This document shows positions 48,736-58,122 of a DNA stretch of 64,000 bases, one piece after another; position 1 is the stretch's first letter; each line of letters starts with the position of its first letter. The translations under genes and the position numbers were made by a program. Source of the DNA: a virus; the IMG/VR virus record IMGVR_UViG_3300042309_001504, positions 32,001 to 96,000 of that record; one strand, given 5' to 3'. The notes below the pieces were generated by a model that was not told the origin of the DNA, did no database searches, and worked only from the letters and a program-made list of their open reading frames with translations.

Positions 48736-49868
48736 TTTTCGTATATCCTATTATGAGTATTATTAACCAGTATAAATGTTGTTTTCTTGCCAAAATCTTT
48801 TATAGATTCGGCTCCGATATAAGTACATGCACTTCGTAATCCTCCTAAAATATCTTTTATTGTATCTTCTGTGCTACCTTTATATGGAATTGTGACACAT
48901 CTGCCTTCGCTGGTTCGATAGTCTGCTACGCCACCATTATGTTTATTCATAGCCTCTTTACTGCTCATACCGTAAAACTTCAAAGATTTTTTCCTTTTTT
49001 CTGGTGGATGATAGCCAGGATCATTTGCTTGCCACCATTCCTGAATCACTTTTCTATTATTCCCTATTATAGCACAACGATATTCATATTCCCATTCTCC
49101 TTCGCAACAGTCTGTACCAGCAAGCATACTGCCAAGCATAACAAAATCGCTGTTGGCACCAAATGCTTTACAAATATCTCCAACAATTTTACATCCTCCA
49201 TCACTACACACATGACCTCCCAATCCATGAGCAGCATCGGCACATTCCATGATAGCGCTCAGTTGAGGATATCCTACACCGGTTTTTAATCTGGTGGTAC
49301 ACACACTACCCGAACCTATACCAACCTTCACTATATCTGCACCACCATGTAATAATAATTCCTCTACCATTTCTGGCGTTACGACATTACCGGCCATAAT
49401 AATTGATTCTGGATATTGATTCCTGATATGATGTACGGCTTTCACAAACTTTTCGCTATATCCATTAGCAACATCAATACAAAAATTTGGTGGTTTAAAA
49501 CCTAAATTTTGCAAACCAAAACAGACTTGATTTAATTTGTCAAGATCAACTTTATTAATGCCTGTGGAGTAAAATATATAATCTCGATTGGATAAACTAA
49601 TAAAATATTTTATAAATTCTTCTACAGAATAATGTTTATGTAAACATGTGATACACTGTGATTCATTTAGTTTATTTGCCATATCAAATGAACCAGTTGT
49701 ATCCATATTGGCTGCACATATTGGAATACATGATAATGATCTTGTAGAATGTAAAAATTTAAAAGATCTAATTAATGATACATCTGATCGACTTCCAAGT
49801 TTTGATCTTTTGGGCCTAATTAGCACATCATCAAAATCTAATTTGGTGTCATTGATAATTTTTTGCAT
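48732..49868 (-). CDS. guaC: GMP reductase
   Basis: LDFDDVLIRPKRS, AANMDT, IDVANGYS, KVGIGSGSVCTTR, SDGGC, FYGMSS and GGLRSACTY motifs. Confidence 0.95.
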   Translation of the reverse strand: MQKIINDTKLDFDDVLIRPKRSKLGSRSDVSLIRSFKFLHSTRSLSCIPICAANMDTTGSFDMANKLNESQCITCLHKHYSVEEFIKYFISLSNRDYIFYSTGINKVDLDKLNQVCFGLQNLGFKPPNFCIDVANGYSEKFVKAVHHIRNQYPESIIMAGNVVTPEMVEELLLHGGADIVKVGIGSGSVCTTRLKTGVGYPQLSAIMECADAAHGLGGHVCSDGGCKIVGDICKAFGANSDFVMLGSMLAGTDCCEGEWEYEYRCAIIGNNRKVIQEWWQANDPGYHPPEKRKKSLKFYGMSSKEAMNKHNGGVADYRTSEGRCVTIPYKGSTEDTIKDILGGLRSACTYIGAESIKDFGKKTTFILVNNTHNRIYEK

Positions 49869-49870
49869 AT

Positions 49871-50401
49871 CTAAATTATACCGAGATCCTTTCTAATATT
49901 TTTAATTTTCGAAACATTGAAATTAATATAAATTGACGTTAATGATGTTTGATTTATTGGATAGGATATATCTTGATATTGTTGATTTAATAGTATAAAC
50001 TGTCCATAATCTATATTAACTGGTTTGAAACCATCTTGATTAAACCAAAATGTATTAGTGTCAAACATTGGTGTTATTGGTAATATAACAGTCAACTGAT
50101 CATTATCTATGTTCTGATTAGAATATATATTTTTTATTCGATTTTTAGGAGTATTGATATAAATTTTTGGTATAATAGTAAAATATATTCTACGAACAGT
50201 AATAATTGGTTTTATAATATTTTTAATAAATTGTTTATAAAGATACGCAAAAGATGAACAGTAATAACTATTTAATAGATCAATATTTTGAGTCATATGT
50301 ATATATGGTAAAATATTTTCTTGTATACCAATATTATTAGATAAGGTTGTTGCAAAAGGGAAAGTGTCTGTACTATAGTGGAAAATATTATTCGCTATCA
50401 T
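49871..50401 (-). CDS. Hypothetical protein, degenerate 2OG-Fe(II) oxygenase-like fold
   Basis: LPITPMFDTNTFW..PVNIDYGQF..NQTSLTSIYINF pattern without HxD..H ligands. Confidence 0.4.
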   Translation of the reverse strand: MIANNIFHYSTDTFPFATTLSNNIGIQENILPYIHMTQNIDLLNSYYCSSFAYLYKQFIKNIIKPIITVRRIYFTIIPKIYINTPKNRIKNIYSNQNIDNDQLTVILPITPMFDTNTFWFNQDGFKPVNIDYGQFILLNQQYQDISYPINQTSLTSIYINFNVSKIKNIRKDLGII

Positions 50402-51479
50402 TAATAAAATTTAATCCAATAATTTTCTTGATTGCTGTGAGCCACATATATTCATATAAGATATTATCAGATATGTTATGTATATTTGAGTTTACCTTAT
50501 GAAAAAATCCAGAAATAGTTTCGGCATGGAATAGATGCTCACTTCCTAAATACATAACCTTTTTATTGTTTGAGATATATCTTAAACATAAGTCAATATC
50601 TTGCATTGTATGAGACATACTAATATTTAGACCACCAACATCAATAAAATCTTTAATATTTGTAATATGTATAGCACCAGTTACTGAATGTGTTGCCGTA
50701 TCCTGAGATGCTAAAAATGTATTATTTTCATCAAATCTATATGCGTGAAAAGGTTTCAAACAATGAGATTTAGGTTTTATATAGGATTGATGCGGTAGAA
50801 AAACCATTCCTCCATGCTGAATAGTTAAAAAATATTTACTAATTTGTCCTATGATATGATTATAGTTACCACACGCCATAGAATAGTCTTGTTCACTTGG
50901 ATAAATTAATTTTGACCCAGATAAATTAGAATTATATTTTGAATGCTTTTCTAATAAATTATTCAAAGTATCTGGTGTAGACGGCCATAAATCATTATTC
51001 CAAAAAATAACATTATTTTTTTGATACTTAATAGCATAAGTAACTGCAAAATTATTCAGATTTGAATAATGAAAAATATTTTGATTATTATTAATTTTTA
51101 AATATGATGTATTATATTTTTGAGCTAGTTCTAAAATAGAATCATCTTTTGATCTATCATCAACAATTAGAACATCTGCTAATTCAAATACATTGTTAAT
51201 TAATAATTTATTCAGAGTATAATTTAATAAATCTCCCAAATCTTTTGTACATATAACTACGATATTCTTTTTATGTGTAGTAAAACAAGAATTTTTTAAT
51301 TCTATATTATAGACTATATTTAGTGGATTAATATTTATTTGATTATTTGTTATGGATGCAAATGCTGAAGAAATTTCAATAGAATTTTTTTTATATGTAT
51401 CAAAATTAAAATGGTTTAGACACAAATCAAATGGAAAATTTATATATTTAGTAGGAATCATATTTGAAAAAAATACCAT
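50388..51479 (-). CDS. GT2-like glycosyltransferase
   Basis: IVDDRSKD, FWNND, KLIYP, IQHGG, VTGA and QDIDLCLR motifs. Confidence 0.8.
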   Translation of the reverse strand: MVFFSNMIPTKYINFPFDLCLNHFNFDTYKKNSIEISSAFASITNNQININPLNIVYNIELKNSCFTTHKKNIVVICTKDLGDLLNYTLNKLLINNVFELADVLIVDDRSKDDSILELAQKYNTSYLKINNNQNIFHYSNLNNFAVTYAIKYQKNNVIFWNNDLWPSTPDTLNNLLEKHSKYNSNLSGSKLIYPSEQDYSMACGNYNHIIGQISKYFLTIQHGGMVFLPHQSYIKPKSHCLKPFHAYRFDENNTFLASQDTATHSVTGAIHITNIKDFIDVGGLNISMSHTMQDIDLCLRYISNNKKVMYLGSEHLFHAETISGFFHKVNSNIHNISDNILYEYMWLTAIKKIIGLNFINDSE

Positions 51480-51988
51480 CTGTTATAGGAATCAAAACTA
51501 TCACTAATGTTTACGTGTTCCAAATAGTTTATTACTTCATGCCATTCAGAAAAAATCATTTGATGAGGAATGGTTCCAAATAACCAATCTGGCGTTTCAC
51601 TTTTACCTTGTGCTATTCTCATAACTATTGGTTTTTTTTGACGATTGGCTAAAAAGATTTCTTCCATAGTACCACAAGGATATATGTCTAGATCTAAATT
51701 CACAATTAAAAAATCACTAATATCAACCATTCTTAAATCGACATTTCTGATTTCTTTCATGACTGCCGTTAAGGCATCATAATTTTTTAGAGATTTTAAT
51801 TTTTGTTTATATTTTCTCGAATCCTCATCTTCTTTTGCTATATTTATTGGCTTAGAAATAGGATTTAATACACTAACGCCCATTTTTGTAAGTATAGGAG
51901 TTAATTGTGTTCTCCATGTTTGACCATTGTTCGGACAACGATCCATTGGACCAGCAAGATATACTCTCTGATTTAATAGTCTATTCAT
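51458..51988 (-). CDS. Nucleoside 2-deoxyribosyltransferase/nucleotide hydrolase-like protein
   Basis: VYLAGPM, NP, DLRMVDISD and GTMEE motifs. Confidence 0.75.
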   Translation of the reverse strand: MNRLLNQRVYLAGPMDRCPNNGQTWRTQLTPILTKMGVSVLNPISKPINIAKEDEDSRKYKQKLKSLKNYDALTAVMKEIRNVDLRMVDISDFLIVNLDLDIYPCGTMEEIFLANRQKKPIVMRIAQGKSETPDWLFGTIPHQMIFSEWHEVINYLEHVNISDSFDSYNRWYFFQI

Positions 51989-51991
51989 ATT

Positions 51992-52066
51992 TTAATTTAA
52001 TAATGATTTATATATTTGATAAAGTACTGTAACTATTATGATAAGACCAAAATTAATTTCTTCCAT
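51992..52066 (-). CDS. 24-aa hydrophobic small ORF
   Basis: MEEINFGLIIIVTVLYQIYKSLLN* fills the intergenic gap almost exactly. Confidence 0.4.
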   Translation of the reverse strand: MEEINFGLIIIVTVLYQIYKSLLN

Positions 52067-52067
52067 T

Positions 52068-52766
52068 TTAATTTATATTTAAGCATCCTTCTTTGCTTTG
52101 AGTCGTTGAACCAAATGCATGATTATGATTTACTATATCATCTTTAAGGGCTAAGATATTTATCTTGTCTTGATTTCTAGAAATAGTACTATCTATTTGT
52201 ATTGATAATGGAAAAACATAATCTAAAATTTTTTGTGCTCCTTCTGGAGTAACTATCATTCCAAATGTACCAAACATAAAACCTCCTGGCTTGCATAATC
52301 TATTAGTTATTAGGTTTGATTTGTTAAGAGAAGAGAGTTTATGTAATCCCAGATACAGGATATCATATGGTATATTATTAATTAGTATTTCGTCAAGAAC
52401 TAATTTTAGCATATCATCGAAGTTATTATTTATGGTAATGTCGTCTTCAAAAATTAAAAATGGTTTGTCAGCTAAACTACATTCTTTATAAATCAAATAA
52501 TGAGACAATGCACAACCTAATGAGCCATAGGTTAATGAAACACCATAATGTTTTTGTGTTTTTTGAGATACGTCTTCTTTTCCTATGGATGTTATAATCT
52601 TTGGATTAATTAATCTAATATCTATATTTTGACCAACAACTGCTTCAAATTTTTCTAAACAATTTTTTAGATTAGACCTCTTAAATATTTTTAATATATG
52701 AGACTGCCTGCCAATACTATTTGGCATAGAAATATAATAAACTTTGTCAAAATAAGAACACAACAT
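52068..52766 (-). CDS. GT25-family glycosyltransferase
   Basis: VYYIS..R, FEAVVG, GSLGCALSH, LIFEDD and GAQKIL..ID motifs. Confidence 0.85.
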   Translation of the reverse strand: MLCSYFDKVYYISMPNSIGRQSHILKIFKRSNLKNCLEKFEAVVGQNIDIRLINPKIITSIGKEDVSQKTQKHYGVSLTYGSLGCALSHYLIYKECSLADKPFLIFEDDITINNNFDDMLKLVLDEILINNIPYDILYLGLHKLSSLNKSNLITNRLCKPGGFMFGTFGMIVTPEGAQKILDYVFPLSIQIDSTISRNQDKINILALKDDIVNHNHAFGSTTQSKEGCLNIN

Positions 52767-52767
52767 T

Positions 52768-53064
52768 TTATGTTAATGCGTTATACTCAGATATAATATC
52801 AAAAACATTTTTACGAATATTAATTCTTTCTTCTGTCGTATATCCTATATCGAACATAGAAGATTTGTCTTTATCTATATTAAATCCGTAATATATCTTT
52901 TCGCATATAGTATCTATTGTTTTAGCATCTATTTTTTTCTTTGTAAAAGAAGACATTAATTGTGTTAAAAGTTGAGACGCTGTTTTATCATTATAAATAT
53001 TACAGCATCTTAGTCTTAACCAATTTAAATGTCTTAATATTTTAGTATTATCAATGCGATCCAT
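52768..53064 (-). CDS. Hypothetical protein
   Basis: Probable start MDRID. Confidence 0.55.
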   Translation of the reverse strand: MDRIDNTKILRHLNWLRLRCCNIYNDKTASQLLTQLMSSFTKKKIDAKTIDTICEKIYYGFNIDKDKSSMFDIGYTTEERINIRKNVFDIISEYNALT

Positions 53065-53611
53065 AATAAACTTGAACGTTATAGTTAGCCCACGCATCCT
53101 CTATGAGTTTTTCTATAAAATTCCATTCTCCTCCAGATTTGCCACAACCAAATTTAGTAGTAATAATATTTATATCATCCAACTCATTTTTTCTATTCTT
53201 ATTTAAGTATGAGCATACTGATTCCATAGTTTTTGACAAAGCTATATAGTCTAACGATCTATAATTTTTAGAATGTTTTTTACATATCATATTTGCAAAA
53301 ATAATTTTACCAAAATTTTTACCATTAACATTTGGTATTTCTACAAACTGAACTGTTCCATAATTTTTAGGACCACTAAGACAATACATATCTAGATTTA
53401 TTTTGAGCTGTGGTAATAGGTCAAAAATAGTATGAGCAAATTTAGAATCATCTCTGGAATCTAGACTATAGCATTCTGGAATTAAAAAATTAGAAGTAAC
53501 AGATGATCTATTATTAATTGTAGTATCAATAACTGATACTATATCTCCCTTAATATAAGATATATTTTTGGGTTTTGATAGATGATATTTTTTATACAAT
53601 GGCGTTGTCAT
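53051..53611 (-). CDS. Macro-domain-like protein (divergent)
   Basis: YIKGDI, IFANMI and KFGCGKSGGEWNFIEKLIE motifs; GGAGG RBS. Confidence 0.65.
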   Translation of the reverse strand: MTTPLYKKYHLSKPKNISYIKGDIVSVIDTTINNRSSVTSNFLIPECYSLDSRDDSKFAHTIFDLLPQLKINLDMYCLSGPKNYGTVQFVEIPNVNGKNFGKIIFANMICKKHSKNYRSLDYIALSKTMESVCSYLNKNRKNELDDINIITTKFGCGKSGGEWNFIEKLIEDAWANYNVQVYYGSH

Positions 53612-53628
53612 GTGTCCTCCATGAAACT

Positions 53629-53656
53629 ATTGTATAGCCTAATCGTCTCAGGTCAA
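53629..53656 (-). promoter_or_regulatory. Sigma70-type promoter for the macro-domain gene
   Basis: TTGACC, 16-nt spacer, TACAAT. Confidence 0.7.
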
Positions 53657-54310
53657 TACCGAATATGCTTGTAGGAATTCTTCATAACTGTTGAATGGTT
53701 GATATCCTAATAGATTTTCGGTAGTCCAATCTATATTATCATTAATAGTATTGAACACATCTTCATTGATAGACAAAAAATGATTTTTAGGTCTTTTAAA
53801 CATTATCTTGTGTGGATAAGATACTATATGAAATTGTGATGATATATTATGTTTGATATAAATTGTATTTTTGAGACTTAAAAAATTTTCAAATTGTAGT
53901 AGATATTTTTGATAAAATCTTAAATCATATAAATATTTTAGTTTATTGGATCTTAGTTCAAAAATATTTTTGTATCTTTGTCCATTATTCCAATTTCTGT
54001 CTTCATAAATTTCATTATTTGTAAATTCTATTTTTGACCACCACTCATGTAATAAAAATTGTTTTAAATCTTTGTATGCAAAACCACAATGATGAGGTCT
54101 TTTGAATATTGCTACAAGCCAATCGTAAGGATTTCTTGTTATACAAAAAAATATTGTATCGTCTATGCTCTGATCTTCTAGATGTAATGGCGTAAAAAAA
54201 TGTTTATGTCCAAACTGTTCAGTATATGGTAAATTAAAACTTTGAGTAATAAAATTCTGTAAAAAGTTTGTTCCAGTATGTCTTTCGCCATATATAGTAA
54301 ATTGATTCAT
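53648..54310 (-). CDS. Sulfotransferase-like protein
   Basis: GERHTGTNFL (5'-PSB-like loop), KH and RNPYDWL motifs. Confidence 0.65.
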   Translation of the reverse strand: MNQFTIYGERHTGTNFLQNFITQSFNLPYTEQFGHKHFFTPLHLEDQSIDDTIFFCITRNPYDWLVAIFKRPHHCGFAYKDLKQFLLHEWWSKIEFTNNEIYEDRNWNNGQRYKNIFELRSNKLKYLYDLRFYQKYLLQFENFLSLKNTIYIKHNISSQFHIVSYPHKIMFKRPKNHFLSINEDVFNTINDNIDWTTENLLGYQPFNSYEEFLQAYSVLT

Positions 54311-54329
54311 AATATAACTTAATATTATT

Positions 54330-54554
54330 TTACCATTTATTTAAAGGACATTTTTGATCAAGCCAAGCTAATTTATTCATAAATATTTTTTTATTATTAA
54401 TATTACACCCACATTCTAAACATTGATTATTATGATATTTTGGACATTCTATACAAATATTATATCTAATATTAATTTGTTCTTGATTGGCTTTGGGCAT
54501 ACCGTATCCGATATGAAAAATTAAAGCTTTAATAAAATTAATTATTTGTTTCAT
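54330..54554 (-). CDS. Small Cys-rich protein
   Basis: RYNICIECP..QCLECGC..CPLNKW. Confidence 0.7.
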   Translation of the reverse strand: MKQIINFIKALIFHIGYGMPKANQEQINIRYNICIECPKYHNNQCLECGCNINNKKIFMNKLAWLDQKCPLNKW

Positions 54555-54771
54555 TTTTAATTTCAACTAATAGATTTTGTTCATTTTGATAAAAAATAAA
54601 AATTTGATCTACCATAGTATCATTATCTAACCATATAATATGTCCATTATTTAAATTAATACATAGTCTTTTGATATCATCTTTAGATTTTTTATAATCA
54701 CTAGAAATTATATAACATAATTTATTATATAAAAATTTATTTCCATTTTGTAATTCTTCTAAATATTTCAT
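54538..54771 (-). CDS. Small hypothetical protein
   Basis: MKYLEELQNGNKF...CINLNNG; ATGA coupling. Confidence 0.65.
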   Translation of the reverse strand: MKYLEELQNGNKFLYNKLCYIISSDYKKSKDDIKRLCINLNNGHIIWLDNDTMVDQIFIFYQNEQNLLVEIKNETNN

Positions 54772-55520
54772 TTTATTCCCCATTTTTTATATCCCAATAA
54801 ATCCCATTTGTTTAATAAATACTTTTCCGGTAATACTAGGTCGTATCTGTATCTATTGTATATAGAAGATTCTTTATAGTCTTTTTTAATAGATTCTATC
54901 ATTAATTTTTTATATGATGCAATAGAAACATTTTCCTGTTTACAGGATAAAAAAAAATCAACATGTTCGTGTCCGATTTTAATATTATTATCCCATTTGG
55001 GTATTTTATTTTTTTTAGCTAAAAAATGATTTAGGACAGCATCGCAACCAAATATATCTCCATATGTATAATTTGACTGATAGCACGAAAGTATTCCGTT
55101 TGATATAGATATTTCATACGGTGGATTTGGACCAATAATATCGTAGTCAGACCTGCATAGTATATTATACATTTGTTTTAATATATTTGGATTTGGTGGC
55201 ATATTGTCATCATCTGCTAAAAAAATATATTCAGTATTAGCTTCTAATATCGCAATATTTCTACCATAACTAAGTCCAACTATTTTATCTAAATATATAT
55301 ATTTAATGTTTTCTGTTAGTGATAGATTTGAATTTTTATGTTTTATTGGAGTATCATCAACCAAAATAATATTAATATTTGGATAATAAAGATTCCAAGT
55401 ATTGATAATCTTTTGACAACATTCATATCTAATAAATGTTTTTAATAATATTGTAATATTACTATACCAAAATGGATATTCATTAAAAATTTCATCCCAT
55501 GAATTTTGCATATTGTTCAT
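54768..55520 (-). CDS. GT2-like glycosyltransferase (B4GALNT-like motifs)
   Basis: LKTFIR, LVDD, GLSYGRN, YIFLADDD, WD..IKIGHEHVDFF and YNRYR motifs. Confidence 0.8.
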   Translation of the reverse strand: MNNMQNSWDEIFNEYPFWYSNITILLKTFIRYECCQKIINTWNLYYPNINIILVDDTPIKHKNSNLSLTENIKYIYLDKIVGLSYGRNIAILEANTEYIFLADDDNMPPNPNILKQMYNILCRSDYDIIGPNPPYEISISNGILSCYQSNYTYGDIFGCDAVLNHFLAKKNKIPKWDNNIKIGHEHVDFFLSCKQENVSIASYKKLMIESIKKDYKESSIYNRYRYDLVLPEKYLLNKWDLLGYKKWGIK

Positions 55521-56186
55521 TTATAAGAATAGTCCTAAGGATAATGTTTGCATTTTAGTATTAATATATAAATCATAATCTTGTTTATATAATGTTTTAA
55601 TTTTATCTATATTATTTTTATATAAATCTTTTTTAGAAAAAATATATTTTGATGATCCGCTTTTATAGCTGTTATTTAACATAAAATTTAAATTATATTT
55701 ATCGAATAGTTTATTAGATTGTTCAATAAAATTATCAAAACATAATATATGAATATTATTTACATATTTTTTATTTATATAGTGATGTTGGTGTCCATAT
55801 TGTCCAATAAATTTTGGTTTAATTTTATCTAATAAAATTGATATATTTTTATTAAAAGATTCTATATTATCATTATATCTATTATTGATTCCGTCATAAT
55901 TGGCAAATGGCATATAGTATGTGCTTATAAATCTATCTAGTGGATTTCTAATAATTAAAAAAAAATTATAAGAATTCCATAAATTTGGATCATCTTTTAA
56001 TAATAGATGCCATCTTGCTAGTTTGCTATTCTCACCATATAAACATGAATATTTTGGATTTATATTTTTATGATACCATTTATCAAATCTGCCCCAATAT
56101 ATATTATTTTTTTGAGCAATATCTTCTATTGTTGTGCCGCCTGTTCTTGGAATATGAATAAATTTTAATTTTTTATCGTAAAGCAT
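55521..56186 (-). CDS. Sulfotransferase family 2 protein
   Basis: FIHIPRTGGTTIE, RNPLDRFISTY and LYKQDY motifs. Confidence 0.85.
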   Translation of the reverse strand: MLYDKKLKFIHIPRTGGTTIEDIAQKNNIYWGRFDKWYHKNINPKYSCLYGENSKLARWHLLLKDDPNLWNSYNFFLIIRNPLDRFISTYYMPFANYDGINNRYNDNIESFNKNISILLDKIKPKFIGQYGHQHHYINKKYVNNIHILCFDNFIEQSNKLFDKYNLNFMLNNSYKSGSSKYIFSKKDLYKNNIDKIKTLYKQDYDLYINTKMQTLSLGLFL

Positions 56187-56730
56187 TATATGTGGATAAT
56201 ATTTTAGGAATATATATAGGATTACTACTTAATGCATAACAGTTGGTAGCAAAATATCCATCAGCATTATATTTGTCTATATCAAATTTTATATTTTTAC
56301 AAATATTTTGTTTAACTATAAAGTTATGACTATCTATATAGTTAACTTGAATATTAGATCCAACCAATCGTAATGTATTATCTTTATTTGCTTGGTCAAA
56401 TGATATAAAATCATGTTCTGATGACAGCAGTATATCTGCTATATTTTCCCATAAATTTGGATGTATGATAGTATCATCATCGTTGAAATATATATATCCA
56501 GTATCTATAATATCAAGTGCAAAATTTCTTTGTGCATGGCCTACTACGCTACCATTTTGGGTATATGCATATGTTTTACATTTTTTAGGAATACAATAAT
56601 CTGTAGGAATTTTTTCTCTATCAAAAACTACAATCCATTCATAATATTTGTCTGGAATATTTATTGATTGTTCAATTAATTTTAGATTTTGTGGCCTATT
56701 ACAAGGAGTAATAATATTTAATAATGTCAT
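56173..56730 (-). CDS. GT2-like glycosyltransferase
   Basis: IITPCNR, GHAQRNFAL, YFNDDD and ADG motifs. Confidence 0.75.
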   Translation of the reverse strand: MTLLNIITPCNRPQNLKLIEQSINIPDKYYEWIVVFDREKIPTDYCIPKKCKTYAYTQNGSVVGHAQRNFALDIIDTGYIYFNDDDTIIHPNLWENIADILLSSEHDFISFDQANKDNTLRLVGSNIQVNYIDSHNFIVKQNICKNIKFDIDKYNADGYFATNCYALSSNPIYIPKILSTYNALR

Positions 56731-57278
56731 TGTACTATTAACCAACTAGAGTCAGTAAAAACCTTATCTGGCTTTTTATATTCATCGACAGCTTTTATCA
56801 CATCCGGATGATGGTTATCATAATCATGTCCACATAAAAAATAATTATTATTTAATAATTGCTTATAATTATTTATATCCTTTTTAACCTGTTCATATGT
56901 ATGAAGACCGTCTATATAAACCATTAATATTGGAGGTGCATTTAACATTAAATTATATATTTTATCAATAGCATTATCAGACGTATCTCTAATATGTATT
57001 ATATTATTAAAAGATTGTATATTTTCTATAAATTTAGTATATACATAATCTAAAGAAGCAAAACCACAAGTAGGATCTTTTGGATCATAGTCATTTATAA
57101 ATGGATCTATAGAGAATACTGTGTGAAAATATTGTGCAAAGAATGTGGTAGATTGGCCTGTGTATGATCCTATCTCTATCATAGAAAAATTATTTAAGTC
57201 GAAATTTTTAGATATATAATCTATTAAATCTGATAGACCATTATAATTTGGTCTCATATCGTATAAATTTTTATTCAT
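56727..57278 (-). CDS. Class I SAM methyltransferase (Methyltransf_24-like)
   Basis: IEIGSYTGQST, IDPF, YIDGLHTYEQV and GHDY motifs. Confidence 0.85.
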   Translation of the reverse strand: MNKNLYDMRPNYNGLSDLIDYISKNFDLNNFSMIEIGSYTGQSTTFFAQYFHTVFSIDPFINDYDPKDPTCGFASLDYVYTKFIENIQSFNNIIHIRDTSDNAIDKIYNLMLNAPPILMVYIDGLHTYEQVKKDINNYKQLLNNNYFLCGHDYDNHHPDVIKAVDEYKKPDKVFTDSSWLIVQ

Positions 57279-57801
57279 ATTTTTGAAAAATTCCTATACT
57301 ATCTTGCCAATTATCATCGGGCGGATAATAAGATTTATCTATATAGCTTTCTATAAGATTAATTTTATATCCATTAATGTTTGCCCAATTACATAAAGAT
57401 CTCCATGAATCTGGATAAAATCTCCAACTATCACTAGGACACTTTTGTGGATGATAAGGACCAGAACTTGGGGCACATATATAGATATATCCTTGAGGTT
57501 TAATTACTCTACAAATTTCTAAAAAGGTTACCCAAAAAAACTCATCGTGTTCAAAACAAGAGGATGATACAACCACATCGAAAGAATTATTGTCAACTGG
57601 TATTTTATGAGATGTTCCAACAATATCAACATTTGGTCCATGCTGAACGTCCAATCCTATGTAATTATGATAAGCAAATATAGATTTAAGAGATCCATTT
57701 CCTCCGTCCCAAGATCCTATATCTAATATTTTTTTTATAACATCAGATTTACAATATTTATCATAAAATAACTTAGCGTTGATATATGCAGATTTATGCA
57801 T
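57271..57801 (-). CDS. Class I SAM methyltransferase (Methyltransf_11-like)
   Basis: ILDIGS, GLD..GPNVD, FDVVVSSSCFEH, RVIKPQG and DSWRF motifs. Confidence 0.85.
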   Translation of the reverse strand: MHKSAYINAKLFYDKYCKSDVIKKILDIGSWDGGNGSLKSIFAYHNYIGLDVQHGPNVDIVGTSHKIPVDNNSFDVVVSSSCFEHDEFFWVTFLEICRVIKPQGYIYICAPSSGPYHPQKCPSDSWRFYPDSWRSLCNWANINGYKINLIESYIDKSYYPPDDNWQDSIGIFQKYE

Positions 57802-57988
57802 GATTATCTGATTCCCAATCATCCCACAATTCTTCTTCTCTCATTCTACTCTTTTTTTGTTTAAACTCTTTAGAATAAAATTTTCTAGCTTCAATATTAT
57901 CATCAACATCTTTTCTATCTCTGGATTTATTTTGCAAATTTTTGCGTCTCAAATTCTTTTTATCATTATCAGGTGCAAAGTCCGACAT
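57794..57988 (-). CDS. 64-aa charged hypothetical protein
   Basis: AGGAG RBS before MSDFAPD; has its own candidate promoter. Confidence 0.65.
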   Translation of the reverse strand: MSDFAPDNDKKNLRRKNLQNKSRDRKDVDDNIEARKFYSKEFKQKKSRMREEELWDDWESDNHA

Positions 57989-58016
57989 ATTTTCTCCTAT
58001 TAGGCTGGTTTCATTT

Positions 58017-58044
58017 ATGATAACATCTGATACAAAATGGTCAA
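58017..58044 (-). promoter_or_regulatory. Sigma70-type promoter
   Basis: TTGACC, 16-nt spacer, TATCAT. Confidence 0.6.
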
Positions 58045-58122
58045 GATGACATATAAAAATTTTTAAACTTGACAAATGTCATAATTAAGATTATGTATTA
58101 TGCATGGGGTATGTTAATATTT

